From an uncultured Actinomycetes bacterium (lineage in GTDB: Bacteria > Actinomycetota > Thermoleophilia > Gaiellales > Gaiellaceae), in assembly GCA_963825795.1 (NCBI GenBank), contig CAWGVD010000046.1, positions 91,329 through 155,328 of the forward strand: a DNA stretch of 64,000 bases, given 5' to 3'. Numbering within the stretch: position 1 is the first letter of the stretch; every line of letters begins with the position of its first letter. The notes under the pieces are model-generated. The model did not search any database. It saw only the letters and a list, made by a program, of their open reading frames with translations, and was not told the origin of the DNA. The position numbers and the translations under genes are program-made. Positions 63,141-64,000 of this stretch are shown here, in pieces.

Positions 63141-63913
63141 TCGTCGTCCCGCCGGCTGCGCCGGGTCGCCTCGAGGAACGGCGTGAAGAGGTCGATCGGC
63201 ACCGGGAGGATGATCGTCGAGGAGCGCTCGGAGCTGATCTCGAGCATCGTCTGCAGGAAGCGGAGCTGGAGGGACATCGGGTTCTCGGAGAGCACCTGGG
63301 CGGCGTCCTTCAGCCGCTCGGAGGCCTGGAACTCGCCCTCGGCGGCGATCACCTTCGCGCGCCGCTCGCGCTCGGCCTCGGCCTGGCGCGCCATCGCCCG
63401 CTGCATCCCGGTCGGGATCTCGACGTCCTTGACCTCGACGATCGAGACCTTGATGCCCCAGGGCGACGTGGCCTGGTCGATGATCTCCTGCAGGATCGCG
63501 TTGATCTTGTCGCGCTCGGACAGGAGCTCGTCGAGCGTGTGCTGGCCGAGGACGCTTCGCAGCGTCGTCTGCGAGATCTGCGACGTCGCGACCATGAAGT
63601 TCTCGATCTGCACGATCGCCTTCTCCGGGTCGATGATCCGGAAGTAGGCGACGGCGTTCACGCGGACCGGGACGTTGTCCTTCGTGATCACCTCCTGCGG
63701 CGGGACGTTCAGCGTCACCGTCCGCAGGTCGACGCGGACCATCTTGTCGACGATCGGGATCAGGAGGAAGAGGCCCGGGCCCTTGGGCGGCGACTTCAGC
63801 CGGCCGAGCCGGAAGATGACGCCGCGCTCGTACTCGCGCGCCACGCGCACGGACGCGGCGAGGAGGATCAACAGGAAGACCGCGATTGCTGCGACTGCGA
63901 TCAGGGCGCCCAC
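63140..63913 (-). CDS. SPFH/band-7 (stomatin-like) protein
   Basis: N-terminal TM then SPFH domain ([16 protein letters not shown]...[15 protein letters not shown]...). 3' end approximate. Confidence 0.65.
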
Positions 63914-63933
63914 GAAGCGCGAATCCTATGTGA

Positions 63934-64000
63934 CGGGAACCGGCTGCTCGGCCGGCTCGACTTCGAGCACGAGCTCGTCGTCGATCGAGTCGACGCGAAC
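63934..64000 (-). CDS. NfeD-like protein C-terminus (partial; continues beyond window)
   Basis: VRVDSIDDELVLEVEPAEQPVPVT* immediately upstream of the SPFH gene. Confidence 0.3.

Overview
This 64-kb window is high-GC (about 70%) and carries the chromosomal replication-origin region of an Actinobacteria-type genome. The right third holds the canonical origin gene set. On the minus strand: rpmH, rnpA, yidD, yidC, jag, rsmG, parA, parB. Then an oriC with DnaA boxes. On the plus strand: dnaA, a second DnaA-box/AT-rich region, dnaN, recF, a DUF721 (DciA-like) gene, gyrB and gyrA. A MerR-like gene, a galT-like gene and an SPFH/NfeD pair follow.

The left two thirds are housekeeping and envelope genes:
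- a metal/metalloid module (HD protein, arsC, arsR, a divergent 17-aa Cys-rich peptide), then a ychF-like gene and an ECF sigma factor
- ftsH, a pncA-like/pncB NAD-salvage pair, DUF1385, an M20 peptidase, rarA, an OsmC-like gene, etfBA, tRNA-Phe
- hemA/C/D with a CcsA/HemX-like gene and ccmABCD
- moaC/mogA/moeA, otsA plus treT
- an MprAB-PepD-like two-component/HtrA module with an RsbW-like kinase, an M28 peptidase, a Ser/Thr kinase
- a glycosyltransferase/envelope cluster (GT2, GT1, DUF2079, DUF2029, PBP1A, PIG-V-like protein), mscS, a CPBP protease, a PKD/L,D-transpeptidase, parAB and tRNA-Ile

No CRISPR array, rRNA, obvious prophage or IS element was seen by eye.

Two caveats apply throughout. 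First, an unusually large number of otherwise well-conserved genes switch reading frame once or several times, or lack an in-frame stop where homologs end. Affected genes include ychF, the M20 peptidase, rarA, osmC, etfA, hemA, htrA, the M28 peptidase, PBP1A, rsmG, the DUF721 gene, gyrA and galT. This pattern looks like assembly indel errors rather than biology, so all CDS ends are approximate. Second, very long ORFs in the supplied track (for example 30840..34160 and 48643..51492) are GC-driven read-throughs that splice several real genes together.

The most interesting things I could support are:
- a divergent ArsR/SmtB-family sensor plus 17-aa Cys-rich (8 Cys) peptide pair with a shared palindromic operator
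- a 72-nt two-hairpin repeat present twice, exactly at the parA|parB and dnaN|recF junctions, with compensatory stem changes
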